From Candidatus Binatia bacterium (lineage in GTDB: Bacteria; Desulfobacterota; Binatia; HRBIN30): 34,757 nucleotides of DNA. The translations under genes and the position numbers were made by a program. The notes beneath the pieces were generated by a model that was not told the origin of the DNA, searched no databases, and saw nothing but the letters and a program-made list of their open reading frames with translations. Of this stretch, positions 1-12,871 are shown in pieces. Location of the stretch: NCBI GenBank assembly GCA_038245295.1, contig JBBRSP010000045.1:1-34757 (forward strand), in the 5' to 3' direction. The first letter of the stretch is position 1. Each line of letters begins with the position of its first letter.

Positions 1-142
<142 letters not shown>

Positions 143-194
143 GCGGACTCTGGGAACCGAAAGCGCGACCGATCCACCGACACGGTAAACTGAA

Positions 195-503
195 ATGAAC
201 GAGAAGATTCGAATCCGTCTCAAAGCTTATGATCACCGGCTGCTCGACCAGTCCGTCCGCGAAATCGTGGAAACGGTTCGCCAAACCGGAGGACGTGTCG
301 CTGGCCCGATTCCGTTGCCGACTCGCATCGAGCGGTTCACGGTCAATCGTTCGCCACACGTCGACAAAAAGTCGCGTGAGCAGTTCGAGATCCGAACCCA
401 TAAACGGTTGCTCGACATTCTCGAGCCGACCCAGCAGACCATTGACGCGCTTGGCAAGTTGGACCTTGCCGCGGGCGTCGATGTGGAGATCAAGCTGCAG
501 TAG
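195..503 (+). CDS. rpsJ: 30S ribosomal protein S10
   Basis: [15 protein letters not shown]...GPIPLPT...[13 protein letters not shown]. Confidence 0.99.
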   Translation: MNEKIRIRLKAYDHRLLDQSVREIVETVRQTGGRVAGPIPLPTRIERFTVNRSPHVDKKSREQFEIRTHKRLLDILEPTQQTIDALGKLDLAAGVDVEIKLQ

Positions 504-536
504 TTGCGCGCAGCTTCGGTAGGAAGTGATAACGCC

Positions 537-1181
537 ATGCTCGGGCTGATTGGAAAGAAACTGGGGATGACCCAGGTCTTCGACGACAAAGGACAGCTTG
601 TGCCGGTTACTGTTTTACAGGCCGGCCCCTGTACCGTTGTTCAGTTGAAGAGTGAAACAACAGATGGATACGCCGCCGTGCAACTCGGCTTTGGCGAGAA
701 GAAAGCGCAGCGCGCCACGAAGGCTTACCGCAACCATTGCACGAAGGCCGGTAAGGGTGTGTTCACAATCTTACGTGAGTTTCCGCCGCAACGTGACACC
801 GACTACACGGTCGGCCAGGAAATCACGCTGAGCGAGTTGTTCAAGGTCGGAGATCGTATCGATATCAGCGGTACGACCAAGGGCCGCGGCTTCACCGGTG
901 TGATCAAGCGCTACGGCTTCAGTGGCTTCCCGGGCAGTCATGGTACGCACGAATACTTCCGTCATGGCGGCTCGATCGGCAACCGTTCCTACCCGGGGCG
1001 CGTTTTCAAGGGCAAGCGCATGCCCGGACAGTACGGGAACGAGACGGTCACGACGCAGAATCTGGTTGTCGTCGGCGTCCGTCCGGAAGAGAACTTGTTG
1101 CTGGTGCGCGGCGCCGTTCCTGGAGCGCGCAACGGCCTGGTCACGATTCATCGTGCCGTGAAGGAGAGAATCCGTGGCTGA
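537..1181 (+). CDS. rplC: 50S ribosomal protein L3
   Basis: [44 protein letters not shown] at 537 preferred over TTG at 504. Confidence 0.98.
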   Translation: MLGLIGKKLGMTQVFDDKGQLVPVTVLQAGPCTVVQLKSETTDGYAAVQLGFGEKKAQRATKAYRNHCTKAGKGVFTILREFPPQRDTDYTVGQEITLSELFKVGDRIDISGTTKGRGFTGVIKRYGFSGFPGSHGTHEYFRHGGSIGNRSYPGRVFKGKRMPGQYGNETVTTQNLVVVGVRPEENLLLVRGAVPGARNGLVTIHRAVKERIRG

Positions 1182-1806
1182 GTTGAAGTCACTGCCGCTT
1201 ATCTCCCAGCGCAACGAGTCGGTGGGCGAGTTTAAGCTGCCGGAAGAAGTGTTCGGCGGGCCTGTCCGTCGTCATCTGATTTACGAGCTCGTCAAGATGC
1301 AGATGGCCAACCGTCGGGCCGGCACTCATGCGACCAAGACGCGAGCCTTCGTGAGCGGCGGCGGTAAGAAGCCGTGGCGCCAGAAGGGCACGGGCCGAGC
1401 ACGCGCGGGTAGCATCCGATCGCCGTTGTGGCCTGGTGGCGCCGTGATCTTCGGACCGCAGCCGCGCGACTACTCCTACCGCTTACCGGCGTCGGCGCGT
1501 AAGTCAGGCCTGCGCGCCGCCTTTGCTTCGAAGCTCAAGGACGGCAAGGTCACGATCGTCGATAAGATCGCCCTTGATGCGCCGAAGACCAAGTTGTTGC
1601 TCAAGGTGGTCAGCGATCTGTCGGCACCGCACGCGTTGATCATCATTCCGGCGGCCGATGCGTCGCTCGAGCGTGCGGCTCGCAACATCCCGACCGTCAA
1701 GGTGCTGCGCGCCGAAGGGGCCAATGTGTACGACCTGCTGCGTTACGACCGCTTGATCGTTACTCCAGAAGCGATCGAAGCGCTGCAGAAGAGGTTGGAA
1801 GCATGA
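1174..1806 (+). CDS. rplD: 50S ribosomal protein L4
   Basis: GTHATKTR..VSGGGKKPWRQKGTGRARAGS motif; operon position. Confidence 0.98.
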   Translation: MAELKSLPLISQRNESVGEFKLPEEVFGGPVRRHLIYELVKMQMANRRAGTHATKTRAFVSGGGKKPWRQKGTGRARAGSIRSPLWPGGAVIFGPQPRDYSYRLPASARKSGLRAAFASKLKDGKVTIVDKIALDAPKTKLLLKVVSDLSAPHALIIIPAADASLERAARNIPTVKVLRAEGANVYDLLRYDRLIVTPEAIEALQKRLEA

Positions 1807-2093
1807 AAGACCTCCTGACTGTGCTGACAGCCCCGGTGATCACTGAGAAGGGCACCCTGGTCAACCAAACCGGTAACCAGGTTATCTTCCGTGTCCGCCC
1901 CGAGGCCAACAAGGACGAGATTCGCAAGGCCGTCGAGAGCTTCTTCAAGGTGAAGGTCGAAGCGGTGCGAACGATCAACTATTTGGGCAAGAACCGCCGC
2001 GTCGGCAAGTCCATGGGCCAGCGACCACGCTGGAAGAAGGCCTATGTGACCCTCGCCGAAGGACAGCGGATCGACTTCTTCGAGAACGTGTAA
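1803..2093 (+). CDS. rplW: 50S ribosomal protein L23
   Basis: [25 protein letters not shown]. Confidence 0.98.
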   Translation: MKDLLTVLTAPVITEKGTLVNQTGNQVIFRVRPEANKDEIRKAVESFFKVKVEAVRTINYLGKNRRVGKSMGQRPRWKKAYVTLAEGQRIDFFENV

Positions 2094-2097
2094 CGCC

Positions 2098-2925
2098 ATG
2101 GCTGTACGTCAATACAAACCTTCGTCCCCGGGGCGCCGCTTCCAAGGCGTGCTCGACTTCGCGGAACTAACCAAGAAGAAGAAACCCGAACGTCGTCTGC
2201 TGGCTCCAAAGAAACGTACCGGTGGGCGTAATACCCTCGGGCGGATCACGTCGCGCCACCGCGGCGGTGGCCACAAGCAACGTTACCGCTTGATCGACTT
2301 CCGTCGGATCAAGGACATCGTGCCGGCAAAGGTGGCGGCGGTCGAGTACGATCCAAATCGTTCGGCCAATCTGGCGCTGCTCAATTATGCCGATGGCGAG
2401 AAGGCCTACATCCTGGCTCCGGTCGGCCTCAAGGTCGGCGATCCGGTTGTCAGCGGCGAAGGCGCCGATATCAAGCCCGGCAACACTCTCGTGCTCAAGA
2501 ACATCCCGACGGGCACCTTGGTGCACAACATCGAGCTCAAGCCGGGTCGGGGTGGCCAGTTGGCCCGTAGCGCCGGCACGTTTGCGCAGCTAATGGCCAA
2601 GGAAGGCGGCAACGCCCTCCTGAAGTTGCCGTCCGGTGAACTGCGTTATGTGCAGCTCACATGCCGTGCGACCATCGGCCAGGTTGGTAACACGGATCAT
2701 GAGAACGTTTCGATTGGCAAGGCTGGACGCTCGCGCTGGCTTGGGCGGCGGCCAAAGGTTCGCGGTATTGCGATGAACCCGGTCGACCATCCGCATGGTG
2801 GCGGTGAAGGCCGTTCCAAGGGCAATCACCCACAATCCCCGTGGGGACAACCGGCCAAGGGTTATAAGACCCGACACAACCCGCGTACCGACCGTTTCAT
2901 CGTGAAACGGCGAGGCAAGAAGTAG
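2098..2925 (+). CDS. rplB: 50S ribosomal protein L2
   Basis: [25 protein letters not shown]. Confidence 0.99.
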   Translation: MAVRQYKPSSPGRRFQGVLDFAELTKKKKPERRLLAPKKRTGGRNTLGRITSRHRGGGHKQRYRLIDFRRIKDIVPAKVAAVEYDPNRSANLALLNYADGEKAYILAPVGLKVGDPVVSGEGADIKPGNTLVLKNIPTGTLVHNIELKPGRGGQLARSAGTFAQLMAKEGGNALLKLPSGELRYVQLTCRATIGQVGNTDHENVSIGKAGRSRWLGRRPKVRGIAMNPVDHPHGGGEGRSKGNHPQSPWGQPAKGYKTRHNPRTDRFIVKRRGKK

Positions 2926-2935
2926 GAGGCACCGA

Positions 2936-3223
2936 GTGGCACGGTCGGTAAAGAAGGGGCCGTTCATCGACGCGCACCTGCTGAAGAAGGTCGACGCGAT
3001 GAACGCATCGCGCGATCGCCGTGTAATCCGCACATGGTCGCGCCGCTCCACGGTGAGCCCGGACATGGTCGGACATACGTTTGCAGTTCACAACGGGCGA
3101 AAGTTCATCCCCGTTTTCGTGACCGAGAACATGGTTGGGCACAAGCTCGGTGAGTTTTCGCCGACGCGTACCTTCCATGGACACTCGGGCGACAAAAAGA
3201 GTGACATGAAGGGCAAGGGGTAG
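2936..3223 (+). CDS. rpsS: 30S ribosomal protein S19
   Basis: [30 protein letters not shown]. Confidence 0.99.
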   Translation: MARSVKKGPFIDAHLLKKVDAMNASRDRRVIRTWSRRSTVSPDMVGHTFAVHNGRKFIPVFVTENMVGHKLGEFSPTRTFHGHSGDKKSDMKGKG

Positions 3224-3226
3224 GGC

Positions 3227-3571
3227 ATGGAAGCACGCGCAGTAAATCGGCACGTGCGGATTTCTCCGCAGAAGGCGCGTCTGGTGGCCGACTTGATCCG
3301 TGGTAAAAACGTCGGCGAAGCCCTGATGCTGTTGGAGTTCGTTCCGAAGAAGGCCGCCCGCTTGATTTCGAAGACCTTGAAGTCGGTGGTTGCCAACGCC
3401 GAAAGCCAGCAACGGGTCGACCTCGATAGATTGTTCGTGTCGCGCATCATGATTGACGCTTCGACCACCTTGAAGCGCTCACTGCCGCGCGCTCACGGTC
3501 GGGCGACACCACTGCTGAAGCGTACCAGCCACATCACCATTATCGTCGACGAGCGACGGGCCAGAGCGTAG
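3227..3571 (+). CDS. rplV: 50S ribosomal protein L22
   Basis: [31 protein letters not shown]. Confidence 0.98.
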   Translation: MEARAVNRHVRISPQKARLVADLIRGKNVGEALMLLEFVPKKAARLISKTLKSVVANAESQQRVDLDRLFVSRIMIDASTTLKRSLPRAHGRATPLLKRTSHITIIVDERRARA

Positions 3572-3579
3572 GGGAGCGT

Positions 3580-4245
3580 ATGGGTCAGAAGGTTCATCCA
3601 AAAGGTTTTCGACTTAGCGTCACCCAGGCCTGGGACTCGCGCTGGTTCGCGCGCGCCGAGTACGCCAATTTGCTGCACGAGGATCTCAAGCTGCGTAAGT
3701 TCCTCAAGCAGCGCCTCTATCATGCGGGTATCTCGCGCATCGAAATCGAGCGGGCTGCCAGCAAAGCGAAGATCAATATCTATACAGCGCGCCCCGGCAT
3801 TGTCATTGGCAAGAAGGGCGCGGAGATCGAGAAGCTGAAGGCCGACCTGGCGAAGCTTGCCAAGCGGGAGATCTTCATCAACATCCACGAAGTGCGACGC
3901 CCCGATGTCGATGCACAACTGGTCGCCGAGAACGTGGCTCTGCAGCTCGAACGGCGCGTGGCTTTCCGTCGTGCGATGAAGGAAGCGGTTGGGCGCGCCA
4001 TGCGAATGGGTGCCCAGGGCGTGAAGATCCAATGTTCGGGTCGCCTCGGCGGTGCCGAGATCGCCCGCACGGAGTGGTCGCGCGAGGGCCGTGTACCGCT
4101 GCACACGCTGCGCGCCGACATCAGTTACGGACTCGCCGAGGCCAAGACAACCTACGGATTGATCGGGATCAAGGCGTGGGTTTTCCGCGGCGAGGTCCTG
4201 AGCCCCGAAGACGATCGCACCCAACGGAGCACCCAAGCCGCGTAA
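3580..4245 (+). CDS. rpsC: 30S ribosomal protein S3
   Basis: [35 protein letters not shown]. Confidence 0.99.
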   Translation: MGQKVHPKGFRLSVTQAWDSRWFARAEYANLLHEDLKLRKFLKQRLYHAGISRIEIERAASKAKINIYTARPGIVIGKKGAEIEKLKADLAKLAKREIFINIHEVRRPDVDAQLVAENVALQLERRVAFRRAMKEAVGRAMRMGAQGVKIQCSGRLGGAEIARTEWSREGRVPLHTLRADISYGLAEAKTTYGLIGIKAWVFRGEVLSPEDDRTQRSTQAA

Positions 4246-4268
4246 TCTACGCGTCACAGTGAATTGCC

Positions 4269-4689
<421 letters not shown>

Positions 4690-4703
<14 letters not shown>

Positions 4704-4893
4704 GTTGCGCGATCTGGGCGAGCAAGAGCTGGCTGCGAAGCTCAAGGAGCTGCGTGAGTCGTTGTTCATGCTGCGACTGCGCCATAAGACGAGCCAGTTG
4801 GAAAACGCAGCACGTCTCGGTGAGACGCGGCGCGACATCGCGCGCATCCACACGATTCAACGGCAGCGGCAGTCGAAAGGGAAGGCCTCGTGA
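4690..4893 (+). CDS. rpmC: 50S ribosomal protein L29
   Basis: MQASELR...QLEN...[17 protein letters not shown] before ATG at 4690. Confidence 0.96.
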
Positions 4894-5150
4894 ACGACAC
4901 GCGTGCAAAGACGAAGACGCGCGAAGGCGTCGTCGTCAGCAATAAAATGGAAAAGACTGTGGTCGTTCGCGTGGAGCGTCTGATCCAGCATCCGAAGTAC
5001 AAGAAGCGTCTCAAGGTGCGCGTCAAAGTGAAAGCACATGACGAGCAGAATCAATGTGGGATCGGTGACCGCGTGATCCTCGCGGAGACGCGTCCGCTTA
5101 GCCGCGATAAACGCTGGAAGGTGCGGTCGATCATCGAGAAGGCCGTCTAA
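4890..5150 (+). CDS. rpsQ: 30S ribosomal protein S17
   Basis: [26 protein letters not shown]. Confidence 0.98.
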   Translation: MNDTRAKTKTREGVVVSNKMEKTVVVRVERLIQHPKYKKRLKVRVKVKAHDEQNQCGIGDRVILAETRPLSRDKRWKVRSIIEKAV

Positions 5151-5185
5151 CCGGTCAACTCGTAGAAGACCCAACAGGAACGACG

Positions 5186-5554
5186 ATGGTTCAGTCGGAA
5201 ACAGTATTGGATGTGGCGGACAACTCCGGAGCGCGCAAGGTGCTTTGCATCAAGGTGCTCGGGGGATCGCGTCGCCGGTATGCCTCGCTCGGGGACATCA
5301 TTGTGGTCTCCATCAAGGAAGCCATCCCGAACGCGAAGGTGAAGAAGGGCGATGTTGCCAAGGCCGTCGTTGTTCGAACGAAAAAGGAAGTGGGCCGTGC
5401 AGACGGTTCCTATATCCGTTTCGATTCGAACTCGGCCGTGCTCATCGACAATCAAAAGGAGCCCATCGGCACGCGTATCTTCGGCCCCGTGGCGCGCGAG
5501 CTGCGCGCCAAGCGCTTCATGAAGATCCTGTCGCTGGCGCCCGAGGTGCTGTGA
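5186..5554 (+). CDS. rplN: 50S ribosomal protein L14
   Basis: [27 protein letters not shown]. Confidence 0.99.
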   Translation: MVQSETVLDVADNSGARKVLCIKVLGGSRRRYASLGDIIVVSIKEAIPNAKVKKGDVAKAVVVRTKKEVGRADGSYIRFDSNSAVLIDNQKEPIGTRIFGPVARELRAKRFMKILSLAPEVL

Positions 5555-5557
5555 GTC

Positions 5558-5878
5558 ATGCGGGCACAAATCAAACGCGGCGATAACGTGTTGGTGATCA
5601 GCGGCAAGGAACGCGGCAAGACCGGTAAGGTGTTGCGCGTGATTCCTTCGACGGGACGCGCCACCGTGGAGCGTCTCAATATGGTGAAGCGGCATACCAA
5701 GCCGCGCAGCCAGCAGTCGCAGGGTGGAATCGTGGAGAAGGAAGCACCCATGCACCTCTCCAACCTGATGATGCTTTGTGATCGCTGCAGCAAGCCGACG
5801 CGCATGGGCAAACGGCATCTCGACGATGGACGCAGCGTGCGCACGTGCCGCCGTTGCAACGAGCAGATTGATAGGTAA
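5558..5878 (+). CDS. rplX: 50S ribosomal protein L24
   Basis: KOW motif [29 protein letters not shown]-terminal CxxC..CxxC. Confidence 0.98.
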   Translation: MRAQIKRGDNVLVISGKERGKTGKVLRVIPSTGRATVERLNMVKRHTKPRSQQSQGGIVEKEAPMHLSNLMMLCDRCSKPTRMGKRHLDDGRSVRTCRRCNEQIDR

Positions 5879-5883
5879 GCGGC

Positions 5884-6429
5884 ATGGCCAGACCACGAAT
5901 CAAAGAACGCTACGAGAGCGAAGTGCTACCCCGCCTGATCAAGGAGATGGGGTACGCGAATAAGTTCCAGGCGCCGCGCCTGGACAAAATTGTGATCAAC
6001 GTCGGCATGGGCGAAGCGATCCAGAACGCCAAATTGCTCGACGTGGCGGTCACCGAGTTGACGACGATCACCGGCCAGAGGCCTGTGGTGACGAAGTCGC
6101 GTAAAGCCATCGCCAATTTCAAGCTGCGCGAGAACCTGCCGATCGGGTGCATGGTGACCTTGCGCGGCGCGCGGATGTATGAGTTCTTCGACCGCCTGGT
6201 GAATGTCGCTCTGCCGCGTGTCCGTGACTTCAAGGGAGTTTCGGACAAGGCGTTCGACGGCCGCGGAAATTATGCCCTCGGCTTGCGTGAGCAGACGATC
6301 TTCCCTGAGATCGATATGGACAAGGTCGAGAAAGTTCACGGCATGACCGTTTGTATCAATACGACGGCCGGCACCGACGCCGAAGGGCGGTTGCTGCTCA
6401 AGGCCATGGGCATGCCGTTCCGGAGTTAG
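5884..6429 (+). CDS. rplE: 50S ribosomal protein L5
   Basis: [28 protein letters not shown]. Confidence 0.99.
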   Translation: MARPRIKERYESEVLPRLIKEMGYANKFQAPRLDKIVINVGMGEAIQNAKLLDVAVTELTTITGQRPVVTKSRKAIANFKLRENLPIGCMVTLRGARMYEFFDRLVNVALPRVRDFKGVSDKAFDGRGNYALGLREQTIFPEIDMDKVEKVHGMTVCINTTAGTDAEGRLLLKAMGMPFRS

Positions 6430-6438
6430 GAGTCAGAC

Positions 6439-6624
6439 GTGGCTAAAAAGTGTTTGCGCATCAAGGCGGAAGCGCCGGCGAAATTCAAAGTCCGGGCGTA
6501 TAATCGTTGCCCCCGATGTGGGCGGCCGCGAGCGTTCTACCGGCGCTTCAAGCTGTGCCGGCTTTGCCTGCGCGACCTCGCCCGCAAGGGGGAGATCCCG
6601 GGTCTGACCAAAGCGAGTTGGTAG
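6439..6624 (+). CDS. rpsN: 30S ribosomal protein S14, short Zn-binding (type Z) form
   Basis: 61 aa, RCPRCGRPR...[16 protein letters not shown]. Confidence 0.97.
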   Translation: MAKKCLRIKAEAPAKFKVRAYNRCPRCGRPRAFYRRFKLCRLCLRDLARKGEIPGLTKASW

Positions 6625-6631
6625 GTATCCT

Positions 6632-7030
6632 ATGTCAATGACTGATCCCATTGCCGATCTTTTGACGCGCATCCGCAACGGTGCGCGAGCCCGTAAAGAC
6701 CATGTCGATATGCCGTGGTCGACGGTGAAAACCCACATCTTGGACGTTCTCGTCGCCGAAGGATTCGTGCGCGAGTACTCCACCGTGGAAACCGATGGCC
6801 ACCGCACCTTGCGCGTCCTGCTCAAGTACGACCCGCGGCAGCAGTCGGTGATCTGCGGTTTGAAACGCGTCAGCAAGCCGAGCCTGCGCGTTTACGTCGG
6901 CGCCAAGGAGATTCCGGTCCTGCGTCGCGGCCTCGGCGTCAATATCGTGTCCACGCCCGCCGGGATCATGACTGACCGCGAAGCGCGGCAGCGCAACCTC
7001 GGCGGCGAGCTCATGTGCGCCGTCTGGTAG
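6632..7030 (+). CDS. rpsH: 30S ribosomal protein S8
   Basis: MTDPIADLLTRIRNG, RVSKPSLRVY, GGELMCAVW. Confidence 0.99.
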   Translation: MSMTDPIADLLTRIRNGARARKDHVDMPWSTVKTHILDVLVAEGFVREYSTVETDGHRTLRVLLKYDPRQQSVICGLKRVSKPSLRVYVGAKEIPVLRRGLGVNIVSTPAGIMTDREARQRNLGGELMCAVW

Positions 7031-7039
7031 TGAGAAGCC

Positions 7040-7588
7040 ATGTCACGCATCGGTAAACTCCCGATTACAATCCCCTCTGGGGTGAAGGTGAACCTCAGCG
7101 ACGGGGTTCTGCGCGTTGAAGGCCCGAAGGGCAAGCTAGCGCAGACCGTTCCGCCGCTGGTTGATATCGCGATCGAAAGCGGCACGTTGCAGGTGCAACG
7201 CCGCGACGACGGTCGGCAAGCGCGGGCCATGCATGGTCTGGCGCAGCGCCTGATCGGCAACATGGTCAAAGGCGTGCACGAAGGCTTCAGCCGTACGCTC
7301 GAGATCATCGGCGTCGGTTACCGCGCCGAGCCGCGCGGTAACTCGTTGTTCCTCAACCTCGGTTACTCCCATCCGATTCTGTTCCAGCTGCCGGACGCGG
7401 TGAAAGCCAAGGTCGAAAAGCAAACGGTGATCACGCTCGAGAGCATCGATTGCCAACTGCTTGGCCAAACGGCCGCGATGATTCGCGGCCTGCGCCCACC
7501 CGAACCGTATAAGGGGAAGGGAATCAAGTACTCCGACGAGAAGGTCCGTCGCAAGGCAGGTAAGGCTGCCGGCGCTGCGGGAGGTTGA
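7040..7588 (+). CDS. rplF: 50S ribosomal protein L6
   Basis: [28 protein letters not shown]. Confidence 0.99.
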   Translation: MSRIGKLPITIPSGVKVNLSDGVLRVEGPKGKLAQTVPPLVDIAIESGTLQVQRRDDGRQARAMHGLAQRLIGNMVKGVHEGFSRTLEIIGVGYRAEPRGNSLFLNLGYSHPILFQLPDAVKAKVEKQTVITLESIDCQLLGQTAAMIRGLRPPEPYKGKGIKYSDEKVRRKAGKAAGAAGG

Positions 7589-7590
7589 GT

Positions 7591-7956
7591 ATGAATACGA
7601 GCATCAAAGTTCTGGCGCGCTTGCGCCGACAAACCCGTGTGCGCCGCAGTGTCGTCGGTACCGACGAGCGTCCCCGGCTGTGTGTGTTCCGCAGTTCGAA
7701 GCATATTTACGCACAGGTGATCTCCGATCAGACCGGCCGGACACTGGCCGCCGCTTCGACGGAATCGCCGGCGCTGAAAAGCCAGCTGAAGAAGACCGCG
7801 AACAAGGATGCCGCCAAGCAGGTAGGTACCTTGATCGCCCGTACCTGTCAGGATCTCGGTATCCGACGGGTGGTATTCGATCGCAACGGTTTTACGTATC
7901 ACGGGCGCATCCAGGCGCTTGCCGATGCGGCACGCGAAGCTGGACTAGAATTTTAG
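7591..7956 (+). CDS. rplR: 50S ribosomal protein L18
   Basis: [38 protein letters not shown]. Confidence 0.98.
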   Translation: MNTSIKVLARLRRQTRVRRSVVGTDERPRLCVFRSSKHIYAQVISDQTGRTLAAASTESPALKSQLKKTANKDAAKQVGTLIARTCQDLGIRRVVFDRNGFTYHGRIQALADAAREAGLEF

Positions 7957-7971
7957 GGCGCAGGAGCTTTC

Positions 7972-8493
7972 ATGGCATTGCCTCGTGGTAGAGAGCGCGC
8001 CGATGCCGGCGCCTCGGAGTTCAAGGAAAAAGTCGTTCAGATCAATCGCGTCGCCAAGGTCGTGAAGGGCGGACGGCGGTTCAGCTTTAGCGCGTTGGTC
8101 GTCGTCGGTGATGGCGGCGGGCGCGTCGGCTACGGATTGGGCAAGGCGAAGGAAGTTCCGGAAGCCATCCGCAAAGCCATAGAGGCCGCCAAAAAGGGTC
8201 TGGTCACCGTTCCGGTGAGCGATGGGACGATTCCGTTCGAGGTCGAGGGGCGCTACGGCGCCGGACACGTCATGCTTCGTCCCGCAGCCGACGGCACCGG
8301 CGTCATCGCTGGTGGCGGCGTTCGCGCCGTCGTCGAGGCGGTGGGCGTGCGTAATGTGTTGACCAAGTGCATCGGTTCCAACAATCCGCACAATATGGTC
8401 AAAGCGACCGTCGATGCGCTGCGCCAATTGCGTCGCCCCGACGAAATCGCCGCCTTGCGCGGCAAACAGGTTGCTGAGATCCTGGGAGTATAA
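7972..8493 (+). CDS. rpsE: 30S ribosomal protein S5
   Basis: [32 protein letters not shown]. Confidence 0.99.
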   Translation: MALPRGRERADAGASEFKEKVVQINRVAKVVKGGRRFSFSALVVVGDGGGRVGYGLGKAKEVPEAIRKAIEAAKKGLVTVPVSDGTIPFEVEGRYGAGHVMLRPAADGTGVIAGGGVRAVVEAVGVRNVLTKCIGSNNPHNMVKATVDALRQLRRPDEIAALRGKQVAEILGV

Positions 8494-8495
8494 CG

Positions 8496-8681
8496 ATGAC
8501 AGCGGGTCCGGTGGTCAAATTGAAGTTGGTTCGCAGCCCGATTAGCTGCAACCAGCGAGTTCGCCAAACGCTCAAGGCGTTGGGCTTGACGCGTATGGGT
8601 AAGACATCCGTGGTACGTGAAAATCCACCGATGCTCGGCCGCATCGCCAAGGTGCGCCATCTGATCGAGGTTCTACCGTAA
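8496..8681 (+). CDS. rpmD: 50S ribosomal protein L30
   Basis: KLVRSPI...TLKALGL...[10 protein letters not shown]; between rpsE and rplO. Confidence 0.95.
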   Translation: MTAGPVVKLKLVRSPISCNQRVRQTLKALGLTRMGKTSVVRENPPMLGRIAKVRHLIEVLP

Positions 8682-8682
8682 C

Positions 8683-9126
8683 ATGGACTTAAGCAATCTC
8701 TCTCCCGCGCCTGGCGCGATCAAGAAACGGAAGCGCGTCGGCCGCGGTCCGGGCTCCGGCCATGGCAAGACGGCAACGCGTGGACACAAGGGTCGCAAGG
8801 CCCGTTCCGGCGGTAACACCGCCCCACGGTTTGAAGGTGGCCAGATGCCGCTGCAGCGCCGTTTGCCGAAGCGCGGTTTCCACAACATTTTCCGAACCGA
8901 ATACACGATCGTGAACCTCGGCCAACTTGAGACACGTTTCGAGGCCGGTGCTGTCGTCGACATCGAGCACTACGCCGCGTCGTTCAAAGCGCGCGGCATG
9001 GTCAAGATTCTTGCCGATGGCGAGCTGACCAAGAAGCTCACTGTCAAAGCACACAAGTTTAGCGAGGCTGCCAGGAAGCGGATCGAAGAATTGGGCGGCA
9101 CCGCTGAGGTGATTGTCCGTGCTTGA
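8683..9126 (+). CDS. rplO: 50S ribosomal protein L15
   Basis: [31 protein letters not shown]. Confidence 0.98.
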   Translation: MDLSNLSPAPGAIKKRKRVGRGPGSGHGKTATRGHKGRKARSGGNTAPRFEGGQMPLQRRLPKRGFHNIFRTEYTIVNLGQLETRFEAGAVVDIEHYAASFKARGMVKILADGELTKKLTVKAHKFSEAARKRIEELGGTAEVIVRA

Positions 9127-10426
9127 AGGATTCCAAAACGCATCGCGTATTCCGGAACTGCGGCGTCGTCTGCTGTTCACGTTTGCGATGCTGGCCGTCT
9201 ACCGGATCGGGGTTGCGATTCCGACACCGGGAATCGACGGTCGTGCCCTCGCCGATTATTTCGAGGCCGCGCGGAACAATATGTTCGGCATGGTCAATTT
9301 GTTTTCTGGCGGCGCACTCGAGCGATTTTCGATCTTCGCCCTCGGCATCATGCCGTACATCAGCTCGTCGATCATCTTTCAGTTGCTGACCGTCGTCATT
9401 CCTTACCTGGAGCGTCTGCAAAAAGAGGGAGAGGTCGGCCGCCGCAAGATCAACCAACTGACTCGTTACGGCGCCCTTGGCCTCGCCGTGATTCAGAGCT
9501 CCTTCATCAGCTTCGGTATTGCGCGGCTCACGTCACCCGGGGGCGCACCGGTAGTTCCGCACCCAGGGATTCCGTTTTATGCACTGACGGCGATCACGCT
9601 GACCTGCGGCACCATGTTCACCATGTGGCTGGGTGAGCAAATCACCGAGCGCGGTATCGGTAATGGCATTTCGCTGATCATCTTCACCGGCATCATCACC
9701 GGTATGCCGGCCAGCGTTGTCACCGCCCTCACGTATGTGCGTGAAGGTGAAATGAGCATCTTCGTGCTCATCGGCCTGCTTCTCTTCATGGTCGGCGTCG
9801 TTGCGGCGATTATCGTGATGGAACGCGGCCAGCGGCGGATCCCCGTGCAATACGCGAAGCGAGTCGTCGGGCGTCGTATGTACGGCGGCCAAAGCTCGCA
9901 TCTGCCCCTAAAGCTCAACGTCTCCGGTGTGATCCCGCCGATTTTTGCATCGTCGCTCCTCGTATTCCCTGGAACGATCGCCGGGTTCATTGATCAGCCG
10001 TGGGCCAAGAAGGTTTCGGAAGTGCTCAGCCCGGGTGGCCCGCTGTACACGGTCCTTTATGTCACCCTCATCATCTTCTTCTGCTACTTCTACACAGCAG
10101 TCAGCTTCAATACGGCAGATGTCGCCGACAACATGAAGCGTTTTGGTGGTTTCATCCCAGGAATTCGCCCCGGGCAGCGCACTGCGGAGTACATCGACCG
10201 CATCTTGGCGCGATTGACTCTCGCCGGCGCGCTTTATGTCGCTGGGATCTGCGTGCTTCCATCGATCCTGATTCAGCGCTTCAACGTGCCGTTCTACTTC
10301 GGCGGCACAGCCCTGCTGATCGTCATTGGTGTCGCCCTCGATACCGTCGCCCAGATCGAAACCCATCTGCTGACTCGCAGTTACCAAGGTTTCATGAAGC
10401 GCGGCCGCATCAAGGGTCGTAAGTAG
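9119..10426 (+). CDS. secY: Preprotein translocase subunit SecY
   Basis: [54 protein letters not shown] at 9119 follows GAGGT. Confidence 0.99.
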   Translation: MLEGFQNASRIPELRRRLLFTFAMLAVYRIGVAIPTPGIDGRALADYFEAARNNMFGMVNLFSGGALERFSIFALGIMPYISSSIIFQLLTVVIPYLERLQKEGEVGRRKINQLTRYGALGLAVIQSSFISFGIARLTSPGGAPVVPHPGIPFYALTAITLTCGTMFTMWLGEQITERGIGNGISLIIFTGIITGMPASVVTALTYVREGEMSIFVLIGLLLFMVGVVAAIIVMERGQRRIPVQYAKRVVGRRMYGGQSSHLPLKLNVSGVIPPIFASSLLVFPGTIAGFIDQPWAKKVSEVLSPGGPLYTVLYVTLIIFFCYFYTAVSFNTADVADNMKRFGGFIPGIRPGQRTAEYIDRILARLTLAGALYVAGICVLPSILIQRFNVPFYFGGTALLIVIGVALDTVAQIETHLLTRSYQGFMKRGRIKGRK

Positions 10427-10437
10427 GATTGCCGACT

Positions 10438-11079
10438 GTGCGAATGGTTTTGATGGGTCCCCCGGGAGCCGGGAAAGGGACACAGGCCAAGCTATTGCAG
10501 GCCGAGTTCCATGTCGCCCATGTTTCGTCGGGCGACCTGCTGCGCGCCGCCATCCGGCGCAAGAGTGCGCTCGGCGTCCAGGCGAAGAAGTTCATGGACC
10601 GCGGCGAGCTGGTTCCCGATGAAATTCTTCTGGGCAACATTGAGGAACGTCTTCTTGAGGCCGACTGCACCAACGGCTTCTTGCTCGACGGCTTCCCTCG
10701 CACCATTCCTCAGGCCGACGCGTTGCAGGTGTTGCTCGCGCGCCAGGAAAAGACGTTGGACCGCGTCGTCAGTATCACGGTCCCACGCGACGAATTGGTG
10801 AAACGATTGGCAGGGCGTCGAACCTGCCGTAACTGCGACTCGATGTACCACGTGATCTTTGAGCCACCGACGAATGCCGGCCTCTGCAACAAGTGCAATG
10901 GTGAGCTCTATCAACGCGAAGACGACCAGGAAGACACGGTTGTTGCGCGCTTGGACGTCTATGATCGGCAGACGGCACCGCTGCTCTCGTACTACCGGGA
11001 GCGTGGCTTGCTTCGCGAAGTCGACGGTGTCGGCTCGCAGGACCAAGTGCTAGGACGAATCCTGGCCGCTGAGGCTTGA
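10438..11079 (+). CDS. adk: Adenylate kinase with Zn-lid (CxxC..CxxC)
   Basis: P-loop GPPGAGKGTQA, GFLLDGFPRT, lid CRNC...CNKC; start uncertain by a few codons. Confidence 0.98.
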   Translation: MRMVLMGPPGAGKGTQAKLLQAEFHVAHVSSGDLLRAAIRRKSALGVQAKKFMDRGELVPDEILLGNIEERLLEADCTNGFLLDGFPRTIPQADALQVLLARQEKTLDRVVSITVPRDELVKRLAGRRTCRNCDSMYHVIFEPPTNAGLCNKCNGELYQREDDQEDTVVARLDVYDRQTAPLLSYYRERGLLREVDGVGSQDQVLGRILAAEA

Positions 11080-11081
11080 TC

Positions 11082-11861
11082 ATGGTCAGTGTGAAAAGTC
11101 CGGAGCAAATCGCCATCATGCGCAAGGCAAACCTCATCGTCGCCGAGGTTTTGGCCGAATTGCGTCGCGCGGTTCGCCCGGGCATGAGCACGGCCGAGCT
11201 TGATCGCATGGCGGAAGAGGGGACGCTGCGGCGGGGTGCAAAACCCGCGTTCAAAGGCTACGGTGCGCAGTTCGCATCGCAGGCGTTTCCGCGTAGTGTC
11301 TGCGTTTCGATCAACGACGAAGTGGTTCACGGGATCCCGTCGGATCGGCGCGTCTTGCGTGAAGGTGATATGGTCGGGTTGGATTTTGGTGTCTGCTTTC
11401 AAGGATTCTACGGCGATTCGGCGATTACGGTTCCGGTCGGTGAAGTGGACGACGAGGCCAAGCGCTTGATGCAGGTCGCCGAAGCAGCTTTATGGGCGGG
11501 TATCGAAGAGATGCGCGTCGGTAAGCGCATTGGTGATGTGTCGTCGGCGATTCAGAAGCATGTCGAGCGCCACGGGTTCTCGGTCGTGCGCCAGTTCGTC
11601 GGGCATGGCATCGGGCGTAGCCTGCATGAGGACCCGCAGGTGCCGAATTATGGTAAGCCGGATCGCGGCGAGCGTTTGCGTGAAGGCATGGTGCTGGCCC
11701 TCGAACCGATGGTGAACGCGGGTACGCATGAGGTCGTGATCAAACAAGACGGGTGGACGGCGGTGACGCGGGATGGGCGTCGCTCGGCCCACTTTGAGCA
11801 TTCGGTGGCTGTAACCGCCGACGGCCCGTATGTGTTGAGCCAACTACCCGCCGATCGCTAG
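11082..11861 (+). CDS. map: Type I methionine aminopeptidase
   Basis: [38 protein letters not shown]. Confidence 0.98.
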   Translation: MVSVKSPEQIAIMRKANLIVAEVLAELRRAVRPGMSTAELDRMAEEGTLRRGAKPAFKGYGAQFASQAFPRSVCVSINDEVVHGIPSDRRVLREGDMVGLDFGVCFQGFYGDSAITVPVGEVDDEAKRLMQVAEAALWAGIEEMRVGKRIGDVSSAIQKHVERHGFSVVRQFVGHGIGRSLHEDPQVPNYGKPDRGERLREGMVLALEPMVNAGTHEVVIKQDGWTAVTRDGRRSAHFEHSVAVTADGPYVLSQLPADR

Positions 11862-11889
11862 AAGACCGAGCGGTGAAACGGAGTCGATC

Positions 11890-12003
11890 GTGAAAGTTCG
11901 AGCGTCAGTAAAACCAATCTGCAAAAAGTGCAAAGTGATCCGCCGTGAAGGTGTGGTGCGCGTGATTTGCAGCAACCCACGCCACAAACAGCGGCAGGGA
12001 TAG
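11890..12003 (+). CDS. rpmJ: 50S ribosomal protein L36 (Zn-binding form); absent from the ORF track
   Basis: GTG at 11890 reads [37 protein letters not shown]. Confidence 0.98.
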   Translation: MKVRASVKPICKKCKVIRREGVVRVICSNPRHKQRQG

Positions 12004-12028
12004 TGGCCGGGAGAACGAGGAATAAACG

Positions 12029-12412
12029 ATGGCGCGTATCGCTGGTGTAGATCTTCCACGGAACAAGCGGATGGAAGTGGCTTTGACATATATTTTCGGC
12101 ATTGGCCGGACGTCGTCACGCCGCATCCTGATGGAATCCGGAGTTTCGTTCGACAAGAAGAGCGACGTGGTGAGCGACGATGAGCTGGTGCGTATCCGCC
12201 AGGTCATCGACGCCCAGTTCAAAGTGGAAGGCGATCTGCGCCGCGAGACGACGCAGAACATCAAGCGACTGCTCGACATTGGTTCGTACCGTGGCCAGCG
12301 GCATCGGCGCAATCTGCCGTCGCGCGGCCAGCGGACGCACACCAACGCTCGGACCCGTAAGGGGCCGCGCCGCTCGATCGCCGGTAAGAAGCAAGCCCCC
12401 TCAAAGGGCTAA
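12029..12412 (+). CDS. rpsM: 30S ribosomal protein S13
   Basis: [33 protein letters not shown]. Confidence 0.99.
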   Translation: MARIAGVDLPRNKRMEVALTYIFGIGRTSSRRILMESGVSFDKKSDVVSDDELVRIRQVIDAQFKVEGDLRRETTQNIKRLLDIGSYRGQRHRRNLPSRGQRTHTNARTRKGPRRSIAGKKQAPSKG

Positions 12413-12439
12413 CCCTCGTTTGAGGCAAGGAGCCTGAAG

Positions 12440-12853
12440 ATGGCCAAAGAAGAAGCGAAGGCGGCTGACAAAGCCGCCACACCGAAGCGCAAAAAGATCA
12501 AGAAGACGGTCAGTGAAGGCGTGGCGCATATCCACTCGACCTTCAACAACACGATCGTGACGATCACCGACCCTGTTGGTCATGTCGTCTCCTGGTCGAG
12601 CGCCGGTGCCGTCGGCTTCAAGGGCTCGCGCAAAGGTACCCCATTCGCGGCGCAGCTGGCCGCGGAACAAGCCGCCAAGAAGGCGATGGACTGCGGCATG
12701 CGCAGCGTCCAAGTGTACGTTAAAGGGCCCGGTGCAGGCCGTGAGTCGGCGCTGCGTGCTCTACAAATGGCCGGATTTGCGATTAACGTCATCCGCGATG
12801 TAACGCCGATTCCGCACAACGGTTGCCGTCCGCCGAAGCGGCGGCGCGTGTGA
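12440..12853 (+). CDS. rpsK: 30S ribosomal protein S11
   Basis: [42 protein letters not shown]. Confidence 0.99.
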   Translation: MAKEEAKAADKAATPKRKKIKKTVSEGVAHIHSTFNNTIVTITDPVGHVVSWSSAGAVGFKGSRKGTPFAAQLAAEQAAKKAMDCGMRSVQVYVKGPGAGRESALRALQMAGFAINVIRDVTPIPHNGCRPPKRRRV

Positions 12854-12871
12854 TGACGAGGAGGACCAGCG

